Below, piece after piece: positions 16,624-25,626 of a DNA stretch of 28,193 bases; within the stretch, counting starts at the first letter, position 1, and each line of letters opens with the position of its first letter. Below the pieces are notes generated by a model. That model saw nothing but the letters and a program-made list of their open reading frames with translations. It was not told the origin of the DNA and searched no databases. Source of the DNA: a virus (Duplodnaviria > Heunggongvirae > Uroviricota > Caudoviricetes). The stretch lies in IMG/VR virus record IMGVR_UViG_3300029488_000242; one strand, given 5' to 3'. Both the position numbers and the translations under genes were made by a program.

Positions 16624-16779
16624 ATAGATAAGAACGATATTTATAAAGAAGGTATTGTTATATTAAACGAATCACTTGAATGGGCAGAAGAATGTGATGG
16701 TAAATATTATGTTGGATATGTTGCAGGTGTATTAGGACTAATTAATGCAACAACTTAGAACGAAGAAGAAGACAACTAA
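16624..16779 (+). pseudogene. Decayed or non-canonically started small gene
   Basis: Frame reads IDKNDIYKEGIVILNESLEWAEECDGKYYVGYVAGVLGLINATT*NEEEDN*: ATA where a start is expected, internal TAG at 16756-58, final TAA inside the junction dyad. Confidence 0.5.
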
Positions 16780-16790
16780 ATCAGAGTTTC
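16777..16790. repeat. NAAA-N6-TTTC junction dyad
   Basis: TAAA-tcagag-TTTC immediately before SD AGGAGG. Confidence 0.6.
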
Positions 16791-16808
16791 AATAGGAGGA
16801 AATAAATA

Positions 16809-17474
16809 ATGAAATTTGAGAATACAGAAGTATGGGGATTTGAACACAGTCTCCGTGGAATGAGAAATCCGTTGAATAGTCACATTAAAAGTGACAGTTA
16901 TTATGATAATGATAATTATGTTATCGGTGAAAATGATTTTGGACTTGCACAGAGATTAATTAAAGCAGGAAATGAGCATAGAAAGTTTATGCGACAGATT
17001 TTTGTATCAGTGGATATTACAGCACCACTTTACTGGTGGAAAGAATTTGATACATATAAGGTAGGGACGGTTGCGAACTCAACGAGTACAATGCACAAGC
17101 TTGCCACGACACCAATTACATTAGATTGTTTTGAGATTGATGATTATGATAGGAATTTATCTCTTGCTGATAATCCAGAGGACGATAATGAACTTAACCA
17201 TATTTCAGCATTTGAAGAAGACGTAATCATGGTTCTTGAGAACTTACGTCAGAAATATCTTGAGACAAAGGATAAAAGATATTGGAAAGAATTGATTAGA
17301 TTTTTACCTGAATCTTGGTTACAGAAGCGTACAATTACAATGAATTATGAAAATATCCGTAATATGTATTTTCAGCGTAAAAATCATAAGCTTACAGAGT
17401 GGTCAGAGTCGTTTATAAAGTGGGTAGAATCACTTCCATATGCAGAAGAGCTGATTATGTATGACTGTAAATAA
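16809..17474 (+). CDS. ThyX-like (flavin-dependent thymidylate synthase-related) phage protein
   Basis: Layout 'GNEHRKFMRQI.VSVDITAP.YWW.EFDTYK', 'LPES..Q.RT.TMNYE.IRN.Y.QR..H...EW' parallels ThyX, but the RHRxxSxxxxSxR motif is absent. Confidence 0.55.
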   Translation: MKFENTEVWGFEHSLRGMRNPLNSHIKSDSYYDNDNYVIGENDFGLAQRLIKAGNEHRKFMRQIFVSVDITAPLYWWKEFDTYKVGTVANSTSTMHKLATTPITLDCFEIDDYDRNLSLADNPEDDNELNHISAFEEDVIMVLENLRQKYLETKDKRYWKELIRFLPESWLQKRTITMNYENIRNMYFQRKNHKLTEWSESFIKWVESLPYAEELIMYDCK

Positions 17475-17485
17475 ATGTTCATTTC
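17472..17485. repeat. NAAA-N6-TTTC junction dyad
   Basis: TAAA-tgttca-TTTC; includes the upstream stop and sits just before SD AGGAGGTGA. Confidence 0.6.
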
Positions 17486-17501
17486 TTAGGAGGTGATTAA
17501 T

Positions 17502-17705
17502 ACGAGAAATCCAAATAGATTATATGATTTTTATAATGAAGTAACAAGATTACATATGACATACATGCCTGATTGGAGAGCAGGTCAGTTTTGGGTGAAC
17601 TTTTTAGGTTGGATTCAGAGTAAAAAGAATAGAGATCCGTTCTTTCCAGAAGAGTCAGAAATGCTTACATATTTAAAAGAATATTGTGGAGAAAGGAGGA
17701 TATAA
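17502..17705 (+). CDS. Small hypothetical phage protein ('(M)RNPNRL...PDWRAGQ')
   Basis: GTG 17493 lies inside the SD, whereas ACG 17502 is at normal SD spacing. The stop abuts the ligase ATG. Confidence 0.65.
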   Translation, partial: TRNPNRLYDFYNEVTRLHMTYMPDWRAGQFWVNFLGWIQSKKNRDPFFPEESEMLTYLKEYCGERRI

Positions 17706-19715
17706 ATGGATAAAAACACTATTGAAACAAGAGTTGAAGAACTCAATAAAGCATCAGAAGCTTATTATAATACTGGACAGCCTGTTATGAGTGATGCTGA
17801 GTTTGATAATAAGCTTGAAGAATTAAGACAGTGGGAAGAAGAGACTGGTATTGTGTTATCTAACAGTCCAACACATAACGTTGGTGCAACAGTATTAGAC
17901 AATATAAAAGAAGTCACTCATAAAACACCAATGCTTTCACTTGAAAAGTGCCACAGCACAAAAGAGATTGTTAAATTTGCAAATAATCATAATCTTGTGG
18001 CTTCTGTAAAGCTCGATGGTTTAACTGTACGTCTTACTTATAAAGATGGTGATTTAGTTTTAGCAGAATCCAGAGGGAATGGTACGGTTGGATCTGACGT
18101 AACAGAACACGTTAAACAGTTTATTAATGTTCCATTACATATTAATAAGGAAGGAACTTATATAATTGATGGTGAAGCATTAATTAAATTAGATGATTTT
18201 GCAGAGATTAACAAAAACGGAGAATATAAGAATAGCCGTAATTTAGCAGCAGGTACATTATCAAGTCTTGATACATCTGTTGTAAAAGATAGAAAATTAT
18301 CTTGGTATGCTTGGGAAGTGGTTGATGGTTCTAATGTTAATGAGTTTCAAAAACAATTATTTGAAGCTGCTGACTTGGGTTTTGAAATAGTTCCAAATGT
18401 TTTGCTGAGTGAAGTAAAAAAAGATAATAATTTGCACGATGACAATTTAACAATTGATACATGCCTACGTCTTATTTTTAATATTGCCGATAATAATAAG
18501 TTACCTCAAGACGGTGTAGTATTTAAGTTTGATGATGTAGCTTACGGAAAATCACTTGGTAACACTTCACATCATTTTAGAAATGGTATTGCCTATAAGG
18601 TATTTAATGATTCAGTAGAAACAACATTGAGAAATATTGAATGGAGCAGTGGTAAGACTGGAATTTTAACGCCTGTGGCAATTTTTGATACAATAGATAT
18701 TGAAGGAAGCAAAGTTAGTCGTGCATCACTTCATAATGTTTCTGTAATGAATGAAATTCTTGGAAGAAGTTGGAAAGGTCAGAAGATTGGTGTTTATAAA
18801 GCCAATATGATTATTCCTGCTATAAGGTGGGCAGAGCAATTTGATTCAAGCAAGTTTGACGATTTAGTTTTAGATGTGTCATATATCAATATTCCAGATA
18901 AATGCCCCATATGTGGTCAACCTACTAAGATAGTAAAAGATAACAACTCAGAAGTACTTGTATGTACCAATGATAATTGTAAGGGTAAGCTTCTTGGCAA
19001 ACTTACACATGCGGCTAGTAAGAACGCACTTAACATTGACGGTCTTTCAGAATCTACAATAGAAAAATTCATCAATCTTGGTTGGTTGAATTCCATTGAG
19101 GATATTTATTACTTGTCAGTCCACAAAAATGAGATGAAAACTATGGACGGATTCGGTAAAAAATCAGTCGAAAAACTTCTCGCATCTATTGAAAAATCTC
19201 GCAATACAAGCCTTGAGCGTTTCCTTTACGCTTTATCTATTCCATTACTCGGTAAATCAGTAAGTCAGGATATTGCAAAAGCATGTAATCAAAGTTTAGA
19301 TACTTTTATTGGTGCTTTGATGGATGGTGGTAAAAATGCATTTACTTATATTGATGGAATAGGTGATGCATTAGGTAAATCCATTATTGGTTATTGGAAT
19401 AAAAATGGAAGCAAAATTATTGAGCTGTCAAAAGAATTTTATTTTGAAACACCTAATGTAGTATTAGATGAAATTCCAAAAACATTACAAGGTAAAACAT
19501 TTGTGGTAACTGGTTCAGTTCATCATTATAAAAACCGTGATGAATTGAAAGCCGATATAGTTACTCATGGAGGTACAGTAGTAGGATCTGTAAGTTCTAA
19601 AACATCTTATCTTATTAATAATGATATCAGCTCAACATCATCTAAAAATCAAAAAGCAAAATCGCTTAATATTCCAATTATTTCAGAAGAAGAATTCCTT
19701 TCTATGATTCATTAG
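17706..19715 (+). CDS. ligA: NAD-dependent DNA ligase
   Basis: YY...P.MSDAEFD, PMLSL, KLDG, SRGNG..G.DVT, RNLAAG, DGVVFK, Zn finger CPIC...C.N..C, HhH repeats and C-terminal BRCT (GKTFVVTG). Confidence 0.95.
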   Translation: MDKNTIETRVEELNKASEAYYNTGQPVMSDAEFDNKLEELRQWEEETGIVLSNSPTHNVGATVLDNIKEVTHKTPMLSLEKCHSTKEIVKFANNHNLVASVKLDGLTVRLTYKDGDLVLAESRGNGTVGSDVTEHVKQFINVPLHINKEGTYIIDGEALIKLDDFAEINKNGEYKNSRNLAAGTLSSLDTSVVKDRKLSWYAWEVVDGSNVNEFQKQLFEAADLGFEIVPNVLLSEVKKDNNLHDDNLTIDTCLRLIFNIADNNKLPQDGVVFKFDDVAYGKSLGNTSHHFRNGIAYKVFNDSVETTLRNIEWSSGKTGILTPVAIFDTIDIEGSKVSRASLHNVSVMNEILGRSWKGQKIGVYKANMIIPAIRWAEQFDSSKFDDLVLDVSYINIPDKCPICGQPTKIVKDNNSEVLVCTNDNCKGKLLGKLTHAASKNALNIDGLSESTIEKFINLGWLNSIEDIYYLSVHKNEMKTMDGFGKKSVEKLLASIEKSRNTSLERFLYALSIPLLGKSVSQDIAKACNQSLDTFIGALMDGGKNAFTYIDGIGDALGKSIIGYWNKNGSKIIELSKEFYFETPNVVLDEIPKTLQGKTFVVTGSVHHYKNRDELKADIVTHGGTVVGSVSSKTSYLINNDISSTSSKNQKAKSLNIPIISEEEFLSMIH

Positions 19716-19750
19716 ATTTGTTTATTATAGAAGGGAGGTGACAAAGAAAC

Positions 19751-19987
19751 GTGAATTATATAAACGCAGGTAAACTAAGAAGTTTTCTTGAAAACGTACC
19801 TTCGAATTCTTATGTTGCTGTAGGTACAAGAGAGAATAATGAAATAGAAGAAATTAGACAAGAATCTGGCATTGTTGATATGAGCATAAAATCTGTCGGA
19901 TTTGATTCTAGTAATTCTAACGAAGTATATATTAAGTTATATACAAATAAATATGATGGAAGTGGGTGTTTAAGATTTACAAGATAA
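19751..19987 (+). CDS. Hypothetical protein (78 aa)
   Basis: GTG start after SD GGGAGGTG. Confidence 0.65.
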   Translation: MNYINAGKLRSFLENVPSNSYVAVGTRENNEIEEIRQESGIVDMSIKSVGFDSSNSNEVYIKLYTNKYDGSGCLRFTR

Positions 19988-20661
19988 GTAATATGGCTAT
20001 ATCTCTTGTATTAGTAAGTACACTTGTCGCCCCTTTGAGGGCAGAAAACATACAAGCTATAACTGCTAGTGCAGCACAGATTAACTATTATGAATCGCAT
20101 TTTTATGTAAAAACCAGAGAAAAAATGCTTCAACGACAATTAGAAATAAATAAATGTCAAAAAGATATAGCAACAGAGAATAATGAAGTGGACGATAAAA
20201 CTCCTGTCATTATAGAAGAAACTTACTATATTGATATGGATGTGCCAGGAAGTAAACCATTCAAATCATATATGGATGCAAGGTTGATAACAAGTACAAA
20301 TTCAGCACAATATAAGCTTAAGTCTGAGTATGAGCTTGATGATTCAGGTATCTATATGATTGATGGACGTTATGCTTGTGCTATCGGTTCTTATTACACT
20401 ACTGAAATAGGCACAAAATTTGATGTTGTTATGAAATCAGGCGAGGTAATTCCTTGTATTCTTGCTGATTGCAAGGCAGATGAACATACTGATAATTTAG
20501 GACAATACACTATAAGTAATGATTCGATTGTGGAGTTTATTGTTCATAGTCCTACATTAATCCCTAATATTTCAAATCGTTGGGGAAATACAGGTGATGT
20601 ATCTACTTTAGGTGGCATTTTTGAAGGTGAGATATCTTATATAAGAATGTATTTTGATTAG
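19966..20661 (+). CDS. Secreted protein, possibly with a cell-wall-acting (3D/DPBB-like) domain
   Basis: Signal-peptide-like N-terminus (AISLVLVSTLVAPLRA); C-terminal 'FKSYMD...GRYACAIGSYY...IGTKFDV...IPCILAD.KAD'. The domain call is tentative. Confidence 0.5.
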   Translation: MFKIYKISNMAISLVLVSTLVAPLRAENIQAITASAAQINYYESHFYVKTREKMLQRQLEINKCQKDIATENNEVDDKTPVIIEETYYIDMDVPGSKPFKSYMDARLITSTNSAQYKLKSEYELDDSGIYMIDGRYACAIGSYYTTEIGTKFDVVMKSGEVIPCILADCKADEHTDNLGQYTISNDSIVEFIVHSPTLIPNISNRWGNTGDVSTLGGIFEGEISYIRMYFD

Positions 20662-20674
20662 AAAGGAACGAAAC

Positions 20675-20914
20675 ATGTTAGAAACAACAGCGGTTATTAG
20701 ATTAGACAATATTAAAAGAATAAAGGATTTTGTTGATATTGTATCTAAATATGATGAAGAAATAACAATTAAATCACATAGGTATGAAGTTAATGCAAAA
20801 TCTATCATGGCAATATTTTCACTTAACCTATTAAAGTTAGTAAATGTTTGTCTGTATTGTGATGATAGTAATGTAATTGAAAAATTTATAAAAGATATGG
20901 AGGGTTTCGAGTGA
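20675..20914 (+). CDS. HPr-family protein lacking the His15 motif
   Basis: 'VNAKSIMAIFSL' matches the HPr Ser46 signature; no GLHARP. ATG 20675 follows SD GAAAGGA. Confidence 0.75.
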   Translation: MLETTAVIRLDNIKRIKDFVDIVSKYDEEITIKSHRYEVNAKSIMAIFSLNLLKLVNVCLYCDDSNVIEKFIKDMEGFE

Positions 20915-21501
20915 TTGTATTAATTGGAAAAAGTTGTTCAGGAAAAGACAGCGTTGCAAAAATATTATGTTCTATGGGATATTCAAGAGTTGCCACTTGT
21001 ACAACAAGACCTATGAGAACAGGTGAGATTGATGGTGTTGATTATTATTTTATTAGCCAGTCCGAGTTTATGAATATGATCGAAAAGGGCGATTTTGCAG
21101 AATATAGAGAATATGAAACAGAAAAAGGAATGTGGCTATATGGCAGTCGTTTAGGTGATTATAAGTATGCATCTAATAAGGTCATTATTTTAACGCCTGA
21201 AGGTCTTAAAAATATTAAGAAAAAATATCCTTATTTGCCTATTGTTTCTATATATCTTGACGTATCCAATAAAGAGCTTAAAAGAAGAATGTTTGTACGT
21301 TCTAATGGCTCTGTTGAAGATATTAAAGAAAATAAACGTAGATATAAGGCTGATAAGAAAGATTTTAAGCATATAAAAAAATATGTTGATTACGTAGTTA
21401 GTAATGAATGTAGAGACGCTTATGATACCGCTCGTATCTGTAAGGAGTTAGATGAAATTGAAAAAAGAAAACATAGAAAGAATTTATTGTGGAAATCGTA
21501 A
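20911..21501 (+). CDS. gmk: Guanylate kinase-like protein
   Basis: GKSCSGKD P-loop, TTRPMRTGEIDGVDYYF, and YG motif. Confidence 0.88.
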   Translation: MIVLIGKSCSGKDSVAKILCSMGYSRVATCTTRPMRTGEIDGVDYYFISQSEFMNMIEKGDFAEYREYETEKGMWLYGSRLGDYKYASNKVIILTPEGLKNIKKKYPYLPIVSIYLDVSNKELKRRMFVRSNGSVEDIKENKRRYKADKKDFKHIKKYVDYVVSNECRDAYDTARICKELDEIEKRKHRKNLLWKS

Positions 21502-21634
21502 TTGTCCACATATAGATTGTGTAAGACATAACAAGAACACACCATTTAATGTTCAATTTCTTAGAGAAAATTATAGTTTTGATAAAAATGGTGAATGTAA
21601 ATATAAATTAACTGATTGGAGTGATGCTATATAA
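21452..21634 (+). CDS. Small Cys-rich hypothetical protein
   Basis: YCGNRNCPHIDCVRH...EC; SD AAGGAG. Confidence 0.6.
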   Translation: MKLKKENIERIYCGNRNCPHIDCVRHNKNTPFNVQFLRENYSFDKNGECKYKLTDWSDAI

Positions 21635-22191
21635 AATTATTTGTTGATTTTGACGGAGTTATTGTAGATACAATTGCTGCAATATGTGATTTATATAATG
21701 AAGATTTCAAATATTACAGTGATTATAAATATGTTTTCCCAGAACAGATTAAGACTTGGAACTTTGAAGAACTTAACTGTGCAAGTAGAGAATATATAAA
21801 TACATATTTCAATCAACAGCGATTCTTTGATAAGTTAAAATTTATGTCACAAGCCTATAAAACATTAAGAAAATTTGCTTTACAAGATGAAGTTATTATT
21901 GTTTCTTCTGGTTATAGTCCTAATCTTAAAGCAAAGGAAAAATGGTGTAAAGAAATTCTTCCATTTTGTCGATTCATAGGAGTTAATCTCAAAGAATATA
22001 AGGATAAATCTCATATAGATATGAGTGATGGCTTATTTATTGATGATTCTGCACATAATCTTGAAACTTCTAACGCTGATACAAAGATTTGTTTTGGCGA
22101 AATTTATCCTTGGAATAAGGAATATAATGGTAAGCATTGTTGGAATTGGAGTATGATATACCAGCTTTATAAAGCAGAATTGGAGGATTAA
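21631..22191 (+). CDS. HAD-family 5'(3')-deoxyribonucleotidase-like protein (186 aa)
   Basis: The open frame extends upstream of ATG 21844 to ATA 21631, giving IKLFVDFDGVIVDT (HAD motif I). Also 'K.KW', 'DKS' and 'FIDDS..NL'. In-frame TGA at 21622. Confidence 0.82.
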   Translation: MKLFVDFDGVIVDTIAAICDLYNEDFKYYSDYKYVFPEQIKTWNFEELNCASREYINTYFNQQRFFDKLKFMSQAYKTLRKFALQDEVIIVSSGYSPNLKAKEKWCKEILPFCRFIGVNLKEYKDKSHIDMSDGLFIDDSAHNLETSNADTKICFGEIYPWNKEYNGKHCWNWSMIYQLYKAELED

Positions 22192-22193
22192 TT

Positions 22194-22319
22194 ATGTTAA
22201 GAGAGACTACAGAGATTAATAAGGATAATATTACTGTTGGTGATTGTATTGAATTATTTGAATACAAGAATACAAGAGTAGTTATTAATGATGGTAATGT
22301 TATTGGATTTGAGGAATAA
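22194..22319 (+). CDS. Small hypothetical protein (41 aa, MLRETTEINKDNITVGDCIELFEYKNTRVVINDGNVIGFEE)
   Basis: SD GGAGG; fills the gap after the nucleotidase; below the ORF-track cutoff. Confidence 0.6.
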   Translation: MLRETTEINKDNITVGDCIELFEYKNTRVVINDGNVIGFEE

Positions 22320-22336
22320 GAGTAAAAATAAATAAA

Positions 22337-22355
22337 CAAGAAAGTTGATTTCTTG
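22337..22355. repeat. Inverted repeat upstream of nrdD, related to the junction dyad
   Basis: CAAGAAA-gttga-TTTCTTG (5-nt spacer); shares TTTCTTGTGGAA with the 13999 site. Confidence 0.5.
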
Positions 22356-22379
22356 TGGAATCGAGAAAGGAGATAAAAT

Positions 22380-23546
22380 TTGAAAGTAATTAAGAGAGAT
22401 TGTTCAGAAGTTGATTTTGATAAATCTAAAATCTCAACCGCAATTCTTAAAGCTATGAAAAATGGTTCAGGTATTATAAAACCAAAGATTGTGGAAGATA
22501 TTGCAAACGAGATTGAAGAAGAGTGCAAGGATAAAGACGAAGTAGGTATCTCTGACATTGAATCAATGGTTTATGATAAATTGATTACAAAGAAACAGAG
22601 ACTTACTGCAAAAGCGTATGAAGGATATAGAAGTATTCGTGAATTCCAAAGAGAGAATGAAAATACAACAGATTCTGAGATTGATGAATTATTAAATGGT
22701 GAAAGCGAATATTGGAATACTGAAAATTCCAATAAAAACTCAAAAGTATTAAATACTCAGCGTGATTATATGGCAGGAATTATAAGTAAGGATATTTCTC
22801 GTAGATTTTTACTTCCACCAGAAGTTGTACAAGCACACGATGAAGGAATTATTCATTTCCATGATATTGATTATTTTGGTATGAATGCGATGAGTAACTG
22901 TTCGCTTATTAATCTCGAAGATATGTTACAGAATGGTACTTGTATTAATAAGGTAATGATTGAAAAACCACATAGATTTATTACTGCTTGCACGATTGCC
23001 ACTCAGATTATTCTTGGTGTTACATCACTTCAGTATGGAGGGGCTACAATTACACTTACACATTTAGCTCCGTTTGTAAGAGACAGTTACAACAAATACT
23101 ATGAGAAATATAAGTCATGGGGATTTTCTGATGAAGATTGTAAGAGATATGCAGAAGCTGATACCAAAAAAGAAGTAGCAGATGGTGTTCAGACTTTTAA
23201 CTATCAGTGCAATTCTATGTCTAACTCAAATGGACAGTCTCCTTTTTTGAGTGTATTCATGTATCTTGGAGAGACTACAGAGTATAAGAAAGAACTTGCA
23301 ATGATTATTGAAGAGTTTCTTAATCAGAGATTACTTGGTCTTAAAAATGAAGTTGGCGTATATGTCACACAGGCATTTCCAAAGCTTCTCTATGTCTTAG
23401 AAGAAGATAATATTCATGAAAATTCCCCTTATTGGTATTTAACAAAACTTGCAGCTAAGTGTACCGCAAAGAGAATGAACCCTGATTATATTTCAGAGAA
23501 GATTATGAAGAAATATAAAGATGGCAACTGTTTCCCGTGTATGGGT
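22380..23546 (+). CDS. nrdD: Anaerobic (class III) ribonucleotide reductase, exon 1
   Basis: ATP cone MKVIKRD, NENSN-like 'ENSNK', AH.EG.IHFHD, NC.LINL, QYGG, GQSPF, AFPKL; ends ...FPCMG at the intron. Confidence 0.93.
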
Positions 23547-23829
23547 GAGCGTAAACTACAGCCCAGGATAAACCGATTGAACCTCGTTGCTTAGAGGGTG
23601 TAACTAATATAGTTGCTAACGGATAGGTCTTAGGTAGAAGAGATTCTGTGACCTAAGATGAGTACCGTGCCAACCCTAGAAATAGGAAGTGTGTATCGAC
23701 TAACCGTGATGAGTGTAGCGGTGTAGGATTGGAGACAAGCACCAATTCCAAGCAGTCGGCTCGTTGATGAGAGTAACGGACTCGGAGAGAATATATAGTC
23801 AGTGTACATAGTGATATGTAATAAAAACG
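23547..23829 (+). ncRNA. ORF-less group I self-splicing intron (283 nt) in nrdD
   Basis: P1: exon UGGGU with GCCCA 23561-65 (U.G at the splice site). P10: CUACA 23556-60 with 3' exon UGUAG. P3: CCGAUU/AGUCGG. P7: GACUA 23698-702 with UAGUC 23796-800. P9: UACAUA-GUGA-UAUGUA. Terminal G 23829. Removal restores PCMG|CRSFL in frame. Confidence 0.95.
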
Positions 23830-24819
23830 TGTAGAAGTTTCCTTTCACCTTATAAAGATGAAAATGGTAATTATAAATTTTATGGAAGACTAAACCAAGG
23901 CGTTGTCACATTAAACCTTGTAGATATAGCATTGTCATCTGAAGGAGATTATGAAAAGTTTTGGAATTTAATGGAACAGAGAACAGAATTATGTCATAAA
24001 GCATTACTTTGCAGACATAAACGATTAGAAGGAACACTATCTGATGTCGCACCTTTATTATGGCAGTATGGAGCATTTGCAAGACTTGAAAAAGGTGAAA
24101 AGATTGATAAGTTACTTCATAGTGGATACTCAAGTATTTCTCTTGGATATGCAGGATTATATGAATGTGTAAAATATATGACTGGTAAATCACATATTGA
24201 TTCACAGGAAGGTCATGATTTTGGCATTAAAGTAATGCAGTTTATGAACGATAAATGTGACCAGTGGAATAAAGAACATTATATTGGATTTTCAATTTAT
24301 GGATCTCCAATCGAAAACACAACGTATAAATTTGCGAAGTGTCTACAGAAACGCTTTGGAATTATTAAAGGTATTACAGATAGAAACTATATCACAAACA
24401 GTTATCATACATTTGTAAAAGAACCAATTAATGCATTTGATAAACTTGCTAAAGAATCAGAATTTCAGGCGTTATCACTTGGAGGTGCGATATCTTATGT
24501 TGAGACAGATGGATTAGTAAATAATGTAGATGCTATTTTAGAAATGAATAAATTTATCTACGACCATATCATGTATGCAGAAGAAAATACAAAATCTGAT
24601 TACTGTCAGATTTGTGGTTATGACGGTGAAATCAAAATTATTGATGAAGGTGGTGAACTTATTTGGGAATGTCCAAATTGCCACAATAGAAATAAAGACA
24701 AGATGAATGTAGCAAGAAGGACTTGCGGATATATTGGAACTAATTACTGGGGAAAAGGACGTACTCAGGAAATTAAGGAGAGATATGTTCATATGACAGA
24801 TATTGCGGAGGATTTATAA
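23830..24819 (+). CDS. nrdD: Anaerobic ribonucleotide reductase, exon 2 (spliced product 718 aa)
   Basis: Begins CRSFLSPYKDENGNYKFYGRLNQGVVTLNL in the same frame as ORF 23932-24819; contains YITNSYH, CQIC/CPNC Zn site and glycyl-radical RRTCGY. Confidence 0.93.
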   Translation, partial: CRSFLSPYKDENGNYKFYGRLNQGVVTLNLVDIALSSEGDYEKFWNLMEQRTELCHKALLCRHKRLEGTLSDVAPLLWQYGAFARLEKGEKIDKLLHSGYSSISLGYAGLYECVKYMTGKSHIDSQEGHDFGIKVMQFMNDKCDQWNKEHYIGFSIYGSPIENTTYKFAKCLQKRFGIIKGITDRNYITNSYHTFVKEPINAFDKLAKESEFQALSLGGAISYVETDGLVNNVDAILEMNKFIYDHIMYAEENTKSDYCQICGYDGEIKIIDEGGELIWECPNCHNRNKDKMNVARRTCGYIGTNYWGKGRTQEIKERYVHMTDIAEDL

Positions 24820-25361
24820 TGAGATACGCACAGATTAGATCTATGGACATTTCAAATGGAGAGGGAGTTGGAGTCTCCCTCTTCGTTCAAGGGTGTGACA
24901 GACACTGCTTCAACTGTTTCAATTCTGAAACATGGGATTTTAATGGTGGTAAAGAATGGACAGAAGAAGCAAAAAATAAATTTATGGAATTGATTGATCG
25001 ACCATATATCAGACGAATTTCTGTTTTAGGGGGCGAACCTTTAGCGGAACAAAACCTCGATGAAGTCTTGTCTCTAATTAAAGAAATCCGTATTTCATTT
25101 CCTAAGAAATCTATTTGGTTATATACGGGATATGAATTATCAGAGATTATAAAGCAAGAACAATACGAGAAAGTTAGTGGAATACCTAGTGTTTGGTCAA
25201 AACGATGGAAGATAATTTCTAATATAGATGTGCTTGTTGACGGAGAATATATAGATGAGCAGAAAGACCTTACATTGAAATGGCGAGGCAGCAAGAACCA
25301 AAACTGTATTGATGTAAAACAATCTCTTGCTCAGAACAAAGTAGTTTTATATTGTGATTAG
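24819..25361 (+). CDS. nrdG: Anaerobic RNR activating radical-SAM enzyme
   Basis: NGEGVGVSLFVQGCDRHCFNCFN, GGEP, WLYTGY, DVLVDG, WRGSKNQ. Confidence 0.95.
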   Translation: MRYAQIRSMDISNGEGVGVSLFVQGCDRHCFNCFNSETWDFNGGKEWTEEAKNKFMELIDRPYIRRISVLGGEPLAEQNLDEVLSLIKEIRISFPKKSIWLYTGYELSEIIKQEQYEKVSGIPSVWSKRWKIISNIDVLVDGEYIDEQKDLTLKWRGSKNQNCIDVKQSLAQNKVVLYCD

Positions 25362-25373
25362 GAGGTAATTAAT

Positions 25374-25625
25374 ATGTCTTATGTAGATATTGCAAATGAA
25401 GAATCATCTGGTGTTCAGATTGATGGTGAAGACTATTATGTTGCGTTGCGTAACCTTGAAAACAAGTATGGGTATGATGAAGATATTGCAGCAATAATTA
25501 GAATGTGTAACCAATGGGAAAATAGCTTTCACAAAATGGAAGGACGTTGTAATGAAATTATTAGTGCAACAACTTTATATGAAGCACAAATTAAATCTAT
25601 ATTAGAAAAAATAGAGGATAAATAA
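25374..25625 (+). CDS. Hypothetical protein (83 aa)
   Basis: SD AGGAGG; no recognised motif. Confidence 0.7.
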   Translation: MSYVDIANEESSGVQIDGEDYYVALRNLENKYGYDEDIAAIIRMCNQWENSFHKMEGRCNEIISATTLYEAQIKSILEKIEDK

Positions 25626-25626
25626 A

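Noticed and set aside
16756..16758. TAG stop-codon recoding (genetic code 15)
   Set aside because: No in-frame TAG interrupts any long gene, and helicase, ligA and nrdG end at TAG at their expected C-termini.
13261..22355. Junction dyads as LexA SOS boxes, CcpA cre sites or CRISPR repeats
   Set aside because: Spacing and arms differ from GAAC-N4-GTTC and TGAAAGCGCTTTCA; there is no regular repeat-spacer array and no cas gene.
23547..23931. nrdD as a frameshifted pseudogene or a natural two-subunit split; tail ERKLQPRINRLNLVA; start at 23932; ORF 23630-23848
   Set aside because: The group I intron fully explains the break, and splicing restores MGCRSFL in frame.
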